Position numbers and translations under genes: made by a program
Part shown: positions 28,028-36,713 of the stretch, piece after piece
How positions within the stretch are numbered: the first letter of the stretch is position 1
How the letters are laid out: each line of letters opens with the position of its first letter
Assembly: GCA_964640225.1 (NCBI GenBank)
Contig: CAZXFI010000001.1
Coordinates: 119,321 to 183,320, forward strand
Direction of reading: 5' to 3'
From: an uncultured archaeon
Lineage (GTDB): Archaea; Aenigmatarchaeota; Aenigmatarchaeia; PWEA01; JAGHBM01
DNA length: 64,000 nt
The notes under the pieces: generated by a model
Seen by the model: the letters and a program-made list of their open reading frames with translations, nothing else
Told to the model about the DNA's origin: nothing
Databases searched by the model: none

Positions 28028-28790
28028 CTATATCTCTATTTCCAAACCGTCATAAGCCACTTCAAAATTGCCCATTTTCCTGACTTTCTTTCGCAAATCC
28101 GCGTGCCTTTGGTGGTGATTCAAGTGGGTGAGATATGTTTTCCCGGCCCCTATTTCCTTCGCGAATTTAACAGAATTTTTCACCGAGAAATGCCCTTTTG
28201 AATTTCCTTTGTAAAAATCCTTTGTGGAATCTATTATCAGTATGTCCGATTTTTCTATCTTATTCCTTTGCTTCACGCCGCAACAATCTGGGGCGTAGAC
28301 AACTTTCTTTCCTTTCACCTTGAATATGAAACCCAATGTAAAAATTGAATGCTCCGCGGCAAAATAATCTATTTCCAGACCGCCTATCCTCAGGTTTCTC
28401 CTGATGGGCTTGAACTTCAAGACTTTGTCAAACGTCCAGGGATATTTCCCCTTCACCACCCGGAATATCCTTCTCTTTGTATACAAATCAATCCTTTTTT
28501 TTGTTTATTTTATATATCTCATTAAGGTCGTCCAGCCCTCCTATGTGGTCTTCGTGTGCATGCGTTATAAGAATGGCGTCTATCCTGGTCAGGTTTTCCT
28601 TGAGGGCCTGCTGGTGAAAATCCGGAGAAACGTCAACCAGTATGTTCTTTCCTTTGTTCTTTATCAGCAGGGAAGGCCGGGTTCTTGTGTCTTTTCTGTC
28701 CTTGCTTTTGCAAACCCTGCATTTGCACCCTATTCTTGGCAACGGCCATGCAGAACTTGTTCCCAGGAATTTTATTTTGGCCATATTCAA
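28028..28790 (-). pseudogene. Metallo-beta-lactamase-fold hydrolase interrupted by a frameshift in a T8 homopolymer
   Basis: ORF 28488-28790 carries THAHEDHIGG (HxHxDH). ORF 28028-28486 carries the C-terminal MBL motifs (H...DCCG). The frames abut at a run of 8 T at about 28494-28501. Confidence 0.55.
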
Positions 28791-28834
28791 TTATTTTATA
28801 CCAATAGTATAAAAACAGTCTCTTCAACGGAAAA

Positions 28835-29266
28835 TTAGTATATTTTCTCAATTCTACAATTACCAAGATAACTCATCAAACCAGAATAATTATCAGTATA
28901 GACATATGATTGTGGCGGAGTAAAATTAAATTCCGACTTTAATTTGCTCAAGGGTATTCCCTGCTCTAATTTATAAAGGTGATTTATTGGAAAAGCGTAT
29001 TTAGATACTTTTAAACCATTATTAAATTCATAATTTCCTATTCCATTTTCTGGAATCTTTCCCGGATATTTAATTGGGTTTCCAATCTCAATAATATATT
29101 GTAATTCACATATCGGTTGTGTAACGTATATTAAAATTTGTTTTATCGGGTCTTTGGGTACATACTTTCTAAATTCATATGTTTTTTTTCTTGTTGATAT
29201 TAAATTTGCAAACTTGGGTTTCAAACTTAAAATTATTTTCCTTCTTTTTTGTTCAATCATTTTCAA
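28835..29266 (-). CDS. ASCH-domain (PUA-like) protein
   Basis: ILSLKPKFANLISTRKKTYEFRKY matches the ASCH core. Confidence 0.4.
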   Translation of the reverse strand: MKMIEQKRRKIILSLKPKFANLISTRKKTYEFRKYVPKDPIKQILIYVTQPICELQYIIEIGNPIKYPGKIPENGIGNYEFNNGLKVSKYAFPINHLYKLEQGIPLSKLKSEFNFTPPQSYVYTDNYSGLMSYLGNCRIEKIY

Positions 29267-30290
29267 GAACCTCCATAAGGTAATATATTGAATAACTTCT
29301 AAAAAGTTTATATGACTCTTCCAACCATGAAATGGTTTCCATAAAAATTTTCTTCAACCCGTCCTCCCCAAATTTCTTTTTAAACTCACTATAATTAACT
29401 AAATATTGTGGGAGATACTTATATGCATTCTTTTTAACATACAAAGATTTAGATAGTTTAGCACCAGACCAATCTAGAATTAGAGGTGCGTAAACTATTT
29501 GAGGTAACTTATAGGCAGGTATTCCTAAAAGTGATGCTGACCTATAAAGTAGCTGTTCCTGATAGTAACCTGAAAAATCACTTCCAGTTACCCTTATCCA
29601 CTCAAAAGATTTTTTTGAATTTTGATTATCTTTACTATAAACAATAGCTCTTATAAGATTTCTCAAAGGAGTATTATATTCAAACCTCTCTGAATTCTTG
29701 TCGAAAAAAGTTTCAAAAAAACCATGCTTAGGACAATAAGATCTTATTTTATTCTCAAAATATTTGTTTTTAATTCCTCTTTTATCTGTTAAACCACACT
29801 TCGGACAAGCTACTCTCATTCTTAGTAAACCAGTTTGGGGTTGAAGGATCGGGCCAATAGTTTCTCTATGTTTAACTATATTTTTTAAAATCCCAGGTAT
29901 CTCTGATTGAGAATTAAATTTACTTTGTCTTCTAATAGAATAATCAATTCCGGTAAAACCTTTTAACAGCTTTAATAACTCAAAGTATTCTTCAAGATAA
30001 ATATCTACAACTTTATCTCCTCTTAGACTAACTTGATAATACATTCCGTTAACTTTCTTTAATTTGGAGGGAGCCGTGTCTACAATCTCAAAAAATATTT
30101 CAGGTTCAATTTTTGTATCTTCTAAAAATTTCTTTCCTAGAGCGTATGCTAAGCAAAACACTATTAAAGTCCCGAAGTGAGGGGAAGAATTTGGTTGAGC
30201 ACCTATACTTATTCTTACTCTTTTTTTAGAAATATTTTTAGCTAAATACTTTACATAATCTTTCTTAAAAACATATGAACCTGCACCAAG
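29253..30290 (-). CDS. Class I aaRS catalytic-domain paralog (archaeal/eukaryal TrpRS/TyrRS-like). It has no anticodon-binding domain, and its start codon is uncertain.
   Basis: HIGH-region GAQPNSSPHFGTLIVF resembles the archaeal TrpRS signature G.GPSS...H.GHLIPF. KMSKS-like GAKLSKS lies about 55 aa from the C-terminus. A Zn-ribbon-like CPKCG...CPKHG is present. The track ORF starts at an internal GTG (30161). The aaRS-like frame continues upstream to a stop near 30330 with no ATG, GTG or TTG. Confidence 0.5.
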   Translation of the reverse strand, partial: LGAGSYVFKKDYVKYLAKNISKKRVRISIGAQPNSSPHFGTLIVFCLAYALGKKFLEDTKIEPEIFFEIVDTAPSKLKKVNGMYYQVSLRGDKVVDIYLEEYFELLKLLKGFTGIDYSIRRQSKFNSQSEIPGILKNIVKHRETIGPILQPQTGLLRMRVACPKCGLTDKRGIKNKYFENKIRSYCPKHGFFETFFDKNSERFEYNTPLRNLIRAIVYSKDNQNSKKSFEWIRVTGSDFSGYYQEQLLYRSASLLGIPAYKLPQIVYAPLILDWSGAKLSKSLYVKKNAYKYLPQYLVNYSEFKKKFGEDGLKKIFMETISWLEESYKLFRSYSIYYLMEVLEND

Positions 30291-30426
30291 AGGATGATGA
30301 ACTACTCCGTCATGTAATATTTTTTTTTAATTTTTTACCTTTGTTCTCTGACACAATAATTATATAAAAAATTAAACTTATAAAATTAAAAATTACTACA
30401 TTACCTTTCTAAAGTAAAGAATTTGT

Positions 30427-31554
30427 TTAATCCTTCAGCACGAACTTGTCCAGCTTCTTCCTTGCCTTCTCCCTCTTTTCCTGGTGGCCCTTAAGGAAGG
30501 CGTTTATCCTTTCCGTGAGCTCCTTCTTGCAGTCCCCGCAAACCCTTTTGCCTGACCTGCACTCTTTCCGTATCTCTTCAAGCTTTTCATCGTCCTGCTC
30601 AAAAAAGAAGTAGAAATACTTGTAAATGGAGCAAACCTCGTAGTTGCCTCCCTTTTCCTTCTGCTCCTTGAGGCTTCCCCTGCCTCCCGTGAAGGCGTTC
30701 CACACCTTGCTTTTCACGACATCGGGCTTGTCCGTGGTGAAAATGCAGGAGCCGGGCTCCGAGGCCGACATCTTACCTTCCCCGGAAAGGCTTGGTATGA
30801 ACTTGGAGTGTATTATTGAGGGCTTGTAGTACCCGAGCTTCGGCAGGACATCCCTGGCCACCCTGAAGTGCGGGTCCTGGTCTATTGCTAGCGGTATTAA
30901 ACAGGGCACGTTTTTGCCTTTCTTAACAGAGGGTAGGAAAGCGGGAACCGCCTGCATGCTGGTGAAGAATATCTGTCCCACGTTTGACTCGTTTTTGAAG
31001 CCAAATACAGCCTTGGCCGTGGAAAAGGTTATTTTCTTGGCCACGCGAACAGCCTGTGGGTATAGCTCCCCGCAGTAGTCCATATCGGAAAATATGAAAG
31101 TCTTCCCCTCTTTGAAGCCCAGAGCTATCAGGTCCAGGGCGTTCTCGTAAGCAAACCTATTGGCCTCTTCCGGCTCCAGCTTGTCGTTGAACAGGAACTT
31201 CTCGTCGTCCGTAAGCTGGAACCACAGCTCCGTGTCAAACTTGTCCTGAAGCCATTTTGTGAAAATCCAGGGCATTAGATGGCCCAGATGCGTGTGCCCG
31301 GAAGGCCCGCGGCCAGTGTAAAGGTAGAATTCCTTTCCCTTCTCGTGCTGGTCAAGAATCCAGTCAAAATCCCTGTGGCAGAAGAAAATACCCCTTCTCA
31401 GGAAAGGGTGAAGTTCGCCTGTGTGCTTTTCAAGCCTCTGAAGAAGCTTCTTTGAAATGGGTTTGGTGCCAAACTCCTTTATAAGCCTGTCATAATCCAG
31501 CTTCCCCGAGACTTTCCACGGGGTGACTTTCATTTTGCTAGCTTCCGTGCTCAT
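30427..31554 (-). CDS. trpS: Tryptophanyl-tRNA synthetase (archaeal/eukaryal type)
   Basis: VTPWKVSG..., GRGPSGHTHLGHLMPW, KMSASEPGS. 375 aa and GC-rich. Confidence 0.85.
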   Translation of the reverse strand: MSTEASKMKVTPWKVSGKLDYDRLIKEFGTKPISKKLLQRLEKHTGELHPFLRRGIFFCHRDFDWILDQHEKGKEFYLYTGRGPSGHTHLGHLMPWIFTKWLQDKFDTELWFQLTDDEKFLFNDKLEPEEANRFAYENALDLIALGFKEGKTFIFSDMDYCGELYPQAVRVAKKITFSTAKAVFGFKNESNVGQIFFTSMQAVPAFLPSVKKGKNVPCLIPLAIDQDPHFRVARDVLPKLGYYKPSIIHSKFIPSLSGEGKMSASEPGSCIFTTDKPDVVKSKVWNAFTGGRGSLKEQKEKGGNYEVCSIYKYFYFFFEQDDEKLEEIRKECRSGKRVCGDCKKELTERINAFLKGHQEKREKARKKLDKFVLKD

Positions 31555-31614
31555 AAGAAAAATAAGGTGAGAAGAAAATATAAAACGTTATCTGGAGTCA
31601 CATCCTGAATAAAT

Positions 31615-32472
31615 TCAATGTTGGTCTATTTTTTTAATTTCTTCTTTACTCATTTCATAGAATTTGTTTTTAAATCTTTCAAGCCTCTCGTCTTCAAATT
31701 CAAAGCTATCCAATTCATCCAGATAATCGTTTGCCATTTTTTTCGCATATCCCTTTATATCCTTTCCCTTCTGTTTTAGTATCGTAAGGGGCGTAGATGT
31801 TCCATTCTTCATGTCGTCCTTTATATCATCCATATCTTTCCTGATTGTACCTATTGCCCTGTTTTTCCTTCCAACCTCAACTATGTCTTTGCTCTCCTTT
31901 CTCTTCATGTCATAACCCAGGTCAATAAGAGGCAACGTGACAAACGGGTCCATTACTATTGACCTTGTGTCATAAAATTTTTTGGAGTAGCTAAGAATTT
32001 CCTCATCGTTTTTCGCTGTAGTGAGTTTGTGGGACAAGTCAACTTCGGTGCCCCCTATAGTAACCATTTTATCATAGAAATATTTTCCAATTACATCTCT
32101 CTGTTTATCGGACAATTTAAGGTATTTCCCCATTCCCAGTCCAATAGAACAAACTAGAGTTGACATAAAGCCAAATCTGTTTAACTTACTTAGTTCTTCG
32201 TCCAAAAGCTCGTCTATACTCCCAACCATTGAATCGACGACCACAGAAGTCTTTGCAACAGAATCAGGGTACTCGTTTCCCATGGCTTTTCTGACGTCAT
32301 CGGTTCTGGATGTCTTTTCACCGTTATTCCATCTATACCAAATGTCTCCGGCAATATCGTAAGTTTTATAAACAGTATCAATAGAGTCTTCAACACCCAA
32401 GTTTTTGGTTATTTTCAAGGCGCCGGTTCTGTCATCCAAAACTTCTTTATAAATTTGCTGCGAGTTTTTCAT
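31615..32472 (-). CDS. Hypothetical protein with Asp-rich motifs, possibly isoprenoid-related
   Basis: 285 aa. DMDDIKDD and D-rich segments are present. It sits next to the UbiA, IDI and GGPPS genes. No confident family assignment. Confidence 0.3.
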   Translation of the reverse strand: MKNSQQIYKEVLDDRTGALKITKNLGVEDSIDTVYKTYDIAGDIWYRWNNGEKTSRTDDVRKAMGNEYPDSVAKTSVVVDSMVGSIDELLDEELSKLNRFGFMSTLVCSIGLGMGKYLKLSDKQRDVIGKYFYDKMVTIGGTEVDLSHKLTTAKNDEEILSYSKKFYDTRSIVMDPFVTLPLIDLGYDMKRKESKDIVEVGRKNRAIGTIRKDMDDIKDDMKNGTSTPLTILKQKGKDIKGYAKKMANDYLDELDSFEFEDERLERFKNKFYEMSKEEIKKIDQH

Positions 32473-32634
32473 ATAAAACTATAGGTTGTGAAACTATTTA
32501 AAATCATACTATTTTTACTACTGTTTAGTTATTTTTTTACTTACTTTTGAAATATTCACAAATACACGACTTTTGTCGTAGAAAGCCATTTTTAGACTAT
32601 AAAATTTATATCATAATCTCTTAATTATCAAGGT

Positions 32635-33519
32635 ATGGAAAGGTTCTTCTCTAATATTATGAGGAAATATGGAACCAGACTAACTTTTTTAGAAATAACG
32701 AGGCCTTGGAATGCAGTTGCTCCGGGGCTTTTAGGATTTTTGGGTTATTTGCTTGGCGGGGGGAACAATCCTTTTGAAATTGCAATGATTTTCTCTTTGT
32801 TTTTTTTCGCTTACATGGCGGCATCAACCGTGAATGACATATATGATGAATTTATAGACAAAATAAACATGCCTTACCGCCCGCTACAAGAAGGTAGAAT
32901 CAAAAGAAAATCCGCATTCAACTTGTCGTTGGCACTTCATATAATAACCCTTATCATGGGATTTACCTTGGGGTGGAGGGCTTTTTTATTGTCTATATTG
33001 GTTCTTTTACTTAGTTTCATATATTCGGCGCCTCCCATTGCTTTCAGCAGAAGGGGTGTTGCCAGCCAGATAGAACTTTCAATAACCATGTGTTTTATAC
33101 CTTTATTGACCGGTGTAATACTTTCGCTGAATAGCTTTCTTGTACCGCTAAATGTTTTATTTTTCATAGCTTCTTTGACTTCAATTTTTGTTTTTATTTT
33201 TATAATAAAGGATTTTAAGGATGTATTCGGGGATAAAACATATAATAAAAAAACACTATTATTGCAGATAGGGAAGAAAAAAACGAAAATAATTTCCTTA
33301 ACTGGAAGCTTTATAAGTTTTATTTTAATCTTATATTTCTTTTACGAAATTTTTACGTTTAGCTTTATACAATCCTTAATTCTTCTTGTGATATTATCAG
33401 GCATACTATATCAAGAAATTAACGTGGAAAAGGACCCTGAGAAAACCTTTGGCTTGGCAAGGTTATTTGTAATGTTGATGCTACTCTCTCTTATGGCCAC
33501 TCCATTGGGATTTTTCTAA
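32635..33519 (+). CDS. UbiA-family prenyltransferase (for example DGGGP synthase-like)
   Basis: 294 aa polytopic membrane protein with NDIYDEFIDKIN (NDxxDxxxD). Confidence 0.7.
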   Translation: MERFFSNIMRKYGTRLTFLEITRPWNAVAPGLLGFLGYLLGGGNNPFEIAMIFSLFFFAYMAASTVNDIYDEFIDKINMPYRPLQEGRIKRKSAFNLSLALHIITLIMGFTLGWRAFLLSILVLLLSFIYSAPPIAFSRRGVASQIELSITMCFIPLLTGVILSLNSFLVPLNVLFFIASLTSIFVFIFIIKDFKDVFGDKTYNKKTLLLQIGKKKTKIISLTGSFISFILILYFFYEIFTFSFIQSLILLVILSGILYQEINVEKDPEKTFGLARLFVMLMLLSLMATPLGFF

Positions 33520-33520
33520 A

Positions 33521-34171
33521 TCATTCAGGATATTTCAAATATTTTTTAGGGTTGTCACCATAATCCTTTATTATTTTTACCTGTTTTTCTTTCAGTTTTT
33601 CCAAATCAAACAACTGCTCTTCCGTGATTTTGCTAAATTGCGGGTCTTCTCTAAGAATTTTGTTAGAAACGTTCATGAAAAGGCAGTGGTTTCCGTTTTG
33701 TGCGGTGCATTCCAGTTCAATGCCATTCATTAGAACTTCATGAAGCGCTGTACCCCCTCCGGCATTCATTCCCCTTACAAAATGGCAGACTCTAACCTTA
33801 GACGGGTAATAGAGCTTTGCAAGAGGGTTTTCTATATTCTTGAATTTAGAGAATTTCTTCTGTTTGAAACCCAGGGTCTTATAGTCACCGTAACCTATCA
33901 TCTCGGCAACATCCATTATCAGCTTATAGGTTTCTTCAAATTTTTTCAATTTCAAATCTTTCATATAATCCTTTGTGAAACAAAAACCTTCGTGCCACCC
34001 GTACATATAAACCCTTAGAATGCCATTTATGCCTTCCTTTAAGGCATCATCTGTAATGTCTTTCATTGTATGCATGGATATTATAGTTACGTTTTCCCTG
34101 GCGAATTTTATTTCACCCAATTCAAACTTCAGTTTACCTGACAGCAAAAGTTTGGTTAAAAAACCGTACAT
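33521..34171 (-). CDS. Hypothetical protein, possibly V4R-domain-like
   Basis: 216 aa. C-terminal RVCHFVRGMNAGGGTALHEV..ECTAQNGNHC resembles a V4R small-molecule-binding domain. Confidence 0.3.
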   Translation of the reverse strand: MYGFLTKLLLSGKLKFELGEIKFARENVTIISMHTMKDITDDALKEGINGILRVYMYGWHEGFCFTKDYMKDLKLKKFEETYKLIMDVAEMIGYGDYKTLGFKQKKFSKFKNIENPLAKLYYPSKVRVCHFVRGMNAGGGTALHEVLMNGIELECTAQNGNHCLFMNVSNKILREDPQFSKITEEQLFDLEKLKEKQVKIIKDYGDNPKKYLKYPE

Positions 34172-34176
34172 TTACC

Positions 34177-34890
34177 TCACTTCATTAAAACTGACATGCC
34201 CTCTTTCCCTAGTTTAAGACCTTTATCAGTAAACAAAAGTGGATAAAATTCTTTGTTTATTTTTGTTCTTCTCATCTTGCGAATCTGGAGATGGCTTCCT
34301 TCCTGCCCTCCTATTCCCGTGTAATGCAGGCAGACCACGCCGTCAACCACGAACTCCTCCACGCCGAACCTGGAAATGCCGTTATTCTCGGGGGCCTCGG
34401 CCGTGAGCAGGGACGTGGCACCGCTGGCCTTGAGGGCGTTTATCAGCTTGTAGAGCTCCCTCCTTATCTCGTGCGGATCCTTGAAGTACAGGCCCAGAAG
34501 CGAGGTGGAGTCTATGACTACCCGGCTTATCCCGGCCTGCCTTATCTCGTTCTCCAGGCGCGTGGTTATGTCGGTGGCCTGGAACGGGTCCTTGAAAGTG
34601 ATTATGAGCTTGTTTTTTTCCTCGTATTCCTCCAGGTTCCAGCCAAAGACCTTGGCATCCGCCTTTATCTCCTCGGGCAGTTCCTCAAAAGTAATGTACA
34701 TGCATTTTTCCCCGTTCTGCAGGCCCTCCCAGAGGAACTGGCAGCAGAAAATAGTCTTGCCAGTGCCGGTGGAACCCGTGATGAGAACTGAGCTTCCCTT
34801 GACGAAACCTCCCTCTATGAGGCCGTCAAGCCCCGGTACGCCTGTCTTCACCCTATCTGAGGAGGGTGTCACTTTTCTGGGCTTCTGCAT
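34177..34890 (-). CDS. Single-domain KaiC-like (RecA-superfamily) ATPase
   Basis: Walker A GSTGTGKT. 237 aa. About 70% identical to 36710-37435. Confidence 0.7.
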   Translation of the reverse strand: MQKPRKVTPSSDRVKTGVPGLDGLIEGGFVKGSSVLITGSTGTGKTIFCCQFLWEGLQNGEKCMYITFEELPEEIKADAKVFGWNLEEYEEKNKLIITFKDPFQATDITTRLENEIRQAGISRVVIDSTSLLGLYFKDPHEIRRELYKLINALKASGATSLLTAEAPENNGISRFGVEEFVVDGVVCLHYTGIGGQEGSHLQIRKMRRTKINKEFYPLLFTDKGLKLGKEGMSVLMK

Positions 34891-34963
34891 GTTACTTATT
34901 TCGTGTCCCTTCTTTAAATATTTGATAAAGTTGTTTTATAAAAACCGGAGAGAAAAAATAAGT

Positions 34964-35986
34964 ATGAAGCTTGCCCTGGCACTGGTTTTTATACTTGTTC
35001 TTGCCGGCCCGGCCCTGGCCCAGACCATGGAGGAGTACATGGAGGGCGAGGAGGTGGAGAGCAGCTACAACATACAGACTGTTGTCACCAGGGAGAACGC
35101 CTACATAATACTTGTCACGGAGAAGCCCGGGAGCTGCGAGTACGGACTTGAGGAGTTTGATTTCGGGGAGGGAACAAATTTTGAGGAGATAAACGGCACG
35201 CTCCACAGGGCAAAGATAGGTATGGAGGAGGGGAAAAGCTACACCTTCAAGATAAAGTGCCGGGTTGAGGGAAACACGGCAGAGGAAAACATAATATTTT
35301 CCGTGTCCCACATATCCTTCTTCCTGCTGGAAAAACTTGAAGGGCTGAGGCTGGACCTGAGGGATTTCAGGCTGGAAACCGTGGAATACGCGAAAAAGGT
35401 TAACGTGGACAGCCTAAACGCAAGGTTGGTGGAGCTGGAAGAGACAATAAAGGAGGCAGAGAAGTCCATAACCGCGAATGACATAGACGAGCTGAGGCAG
35501 GACATATCGGAAGGCCTGAGGAAAAAAGACGAGATAGAGGGCCTGCTGGCCGTGAAGTCCCTCCAGGTATCCATCCTGGAAAGCTCCAAGTACATCGTAA
35601 TCCTGATAATAGTTGTTTTCCTCATCCTCTACTTTGTCACAAGCCTTGTAGTTCCCTACTTCAGCCTGGAAAACAACATAAAGAGCCTGGAGAGAAAGGA
35701 AAAGGACATGACCAGGCTCAGGCAGAACACCGAGACGCTCTATTTCCGCAGGAAGATAGACGAGGACACTTTCAACAAGATGGTCGTGAAGGAGCAGGAG
35801 GAAGTGATGAGACTCAGGGCAAAGATAGCCAACATGAAGGACAGGAAAAAGACTCTCATGAAGGAGGCGTTCAGCGTGCAGAACGCCATAGACTGGTCTC
35901 TTAAGGAGAAAATACACCTGAGGGACTGGCTAAGGAAAAAATGGGAAAGAATAAAAGGCATGAAGTACAAAATAAATAACAAGTAA
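34964..35986 (+). CDS. Secreted or membrane-anchored coiled-coil protein (340 aa)
   Basis: Signal peptide MKLALALVFILVLAGPALAQ, a long coiled-coil, and a TM segment YIVILIIVVFLILYFVTSLVV. The track ORF (34481) is an upstream read-through in the same frame. Confidence 0.5.
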   Translation: MKLALALVFILVLAGPALAQTMEEYMEGEEVESSYNIQTVVTRENAYIILVTEKPGSCEYGLEEFDFGEGTNFEEINGTLHRAKIGMEEGKSYTFKIKCRVEGNTAEENIIFSVSHISFFLLEKLEGLRLDLRDFRLETVEYAKKVNVDSLNARLVELEETIKEAEKSITANDIDELRQDISEGLRKKDEIEGLLAVKSLQVSILESSKYIVILIIVVFLILYFVTSLVVPYFSLENNIKSLERKEKDMTRLRQNTETLYFRRKIDEDTFNKMVVKEQEEVMRLRAKIANMKDRKKTLMKEAFSVQNAIDWSLKEKIHLRDWLRKKWERIKGMKYKINNK

Positions 35987-35999
35987 GGAGGTATGGAAA

Positions 36000-36713
36000 A
36001 TGAGGATAAACACAGGCTTGATAAACTTTGACGACAAGATGGAAGGAGGATTTGTTGAGGGAAGCGTGAACCTTATAGTGGGCAAGACAGGCACGGGAAA
36101 AACCACTTTTTGCTGCTCTTTCATGTACAGGGGCGCCAAGTCAAACGAGCCCGTGGTTTACCTTACGACCGAGGAAAGGGTGGAGGACATAAAGAAGGAT
36201 ATAGACTCCATGTTCAAGTGGGACATAGACTTACTTGAAAAAAGCGGTATGATAAATTTCCTTTCCATAAAGCCCATGGTGCCCTCGGTGGACATAGAGC
36301 ACACCAACAGGCTGGCCAAGTCCTACGTGTCCGAGCTTCTCAGGAAAATAACCGATTCGCTGGAGAAAACCAAAGCCAAGCGGCTTGTCATAGATTCCGT
36401 GTCCATAATACAGCTGTTCATAAACGACCAGTACCTTTCCCGGGTTATACTTGCCTCACTTATGGACAAGCTGAGGGAGATGGGCGTGACCACGGTTATT
36501 TCGGGGACCATAACCGAGTCCGAGGGAGGGATAGTCGGGGCGGAACTCCTGGAGTCCACTGTGGACTCGGTGATAAAGCTGGATTTCGTTCCGGTCTCGG
36601 AGGACTACAAGAGGACTGTGACAATAAGGAAGATGAGAAGAACCAACCACAGCACGCTTATTTACCCGTTTGAGATAACTCCGAAAGGAATGAAGGTAAT
36701 AAACGTTGACTAG
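36000..36713 (+). CDS. Single-domain KaiC-like ATPase
   Basis: Walker A GKTGTGKT. 237 aa. A GGAGG Shine-Dalgarno lies upstream. Confidence 0.7.
   Translation: MRINTGLINFDDKMEGGFVEGSVNLIVGKTGTGKTTFCCSFMYRGAKSNEPVVYLTTEERVEDIKKDIDSMFKWDIDLLEKSGMINFLSIKPMVPSVDIEHTNRLAKSYVSELLRKITDSLEKTKAKRLVIDSVSIIQLFINDQYLSRVILASLMDKLREMGVTTVISGTITESEGGIVGAELLESTVDSVIKLDFVPVSEDYKRTVTIRKMRRTNHSTLIYPFEITPKGMKVINVD

Noticed and set aside
31615-32472. Terpene-synthase call for the 285-aa Asp-rich protein
   Set aside because: The DDxxD-like strings are not in a recognisable class I terpene-synthase arrangement. It is left as hypothetical.
34481-34963. N-terminal 161 aa of the 501-aa track ORF
   Set aside because: This part is antisense to the KaiC-like gene 34177-34890. 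The true gene starts at the ATG at 34964 with a clear signal peptide.
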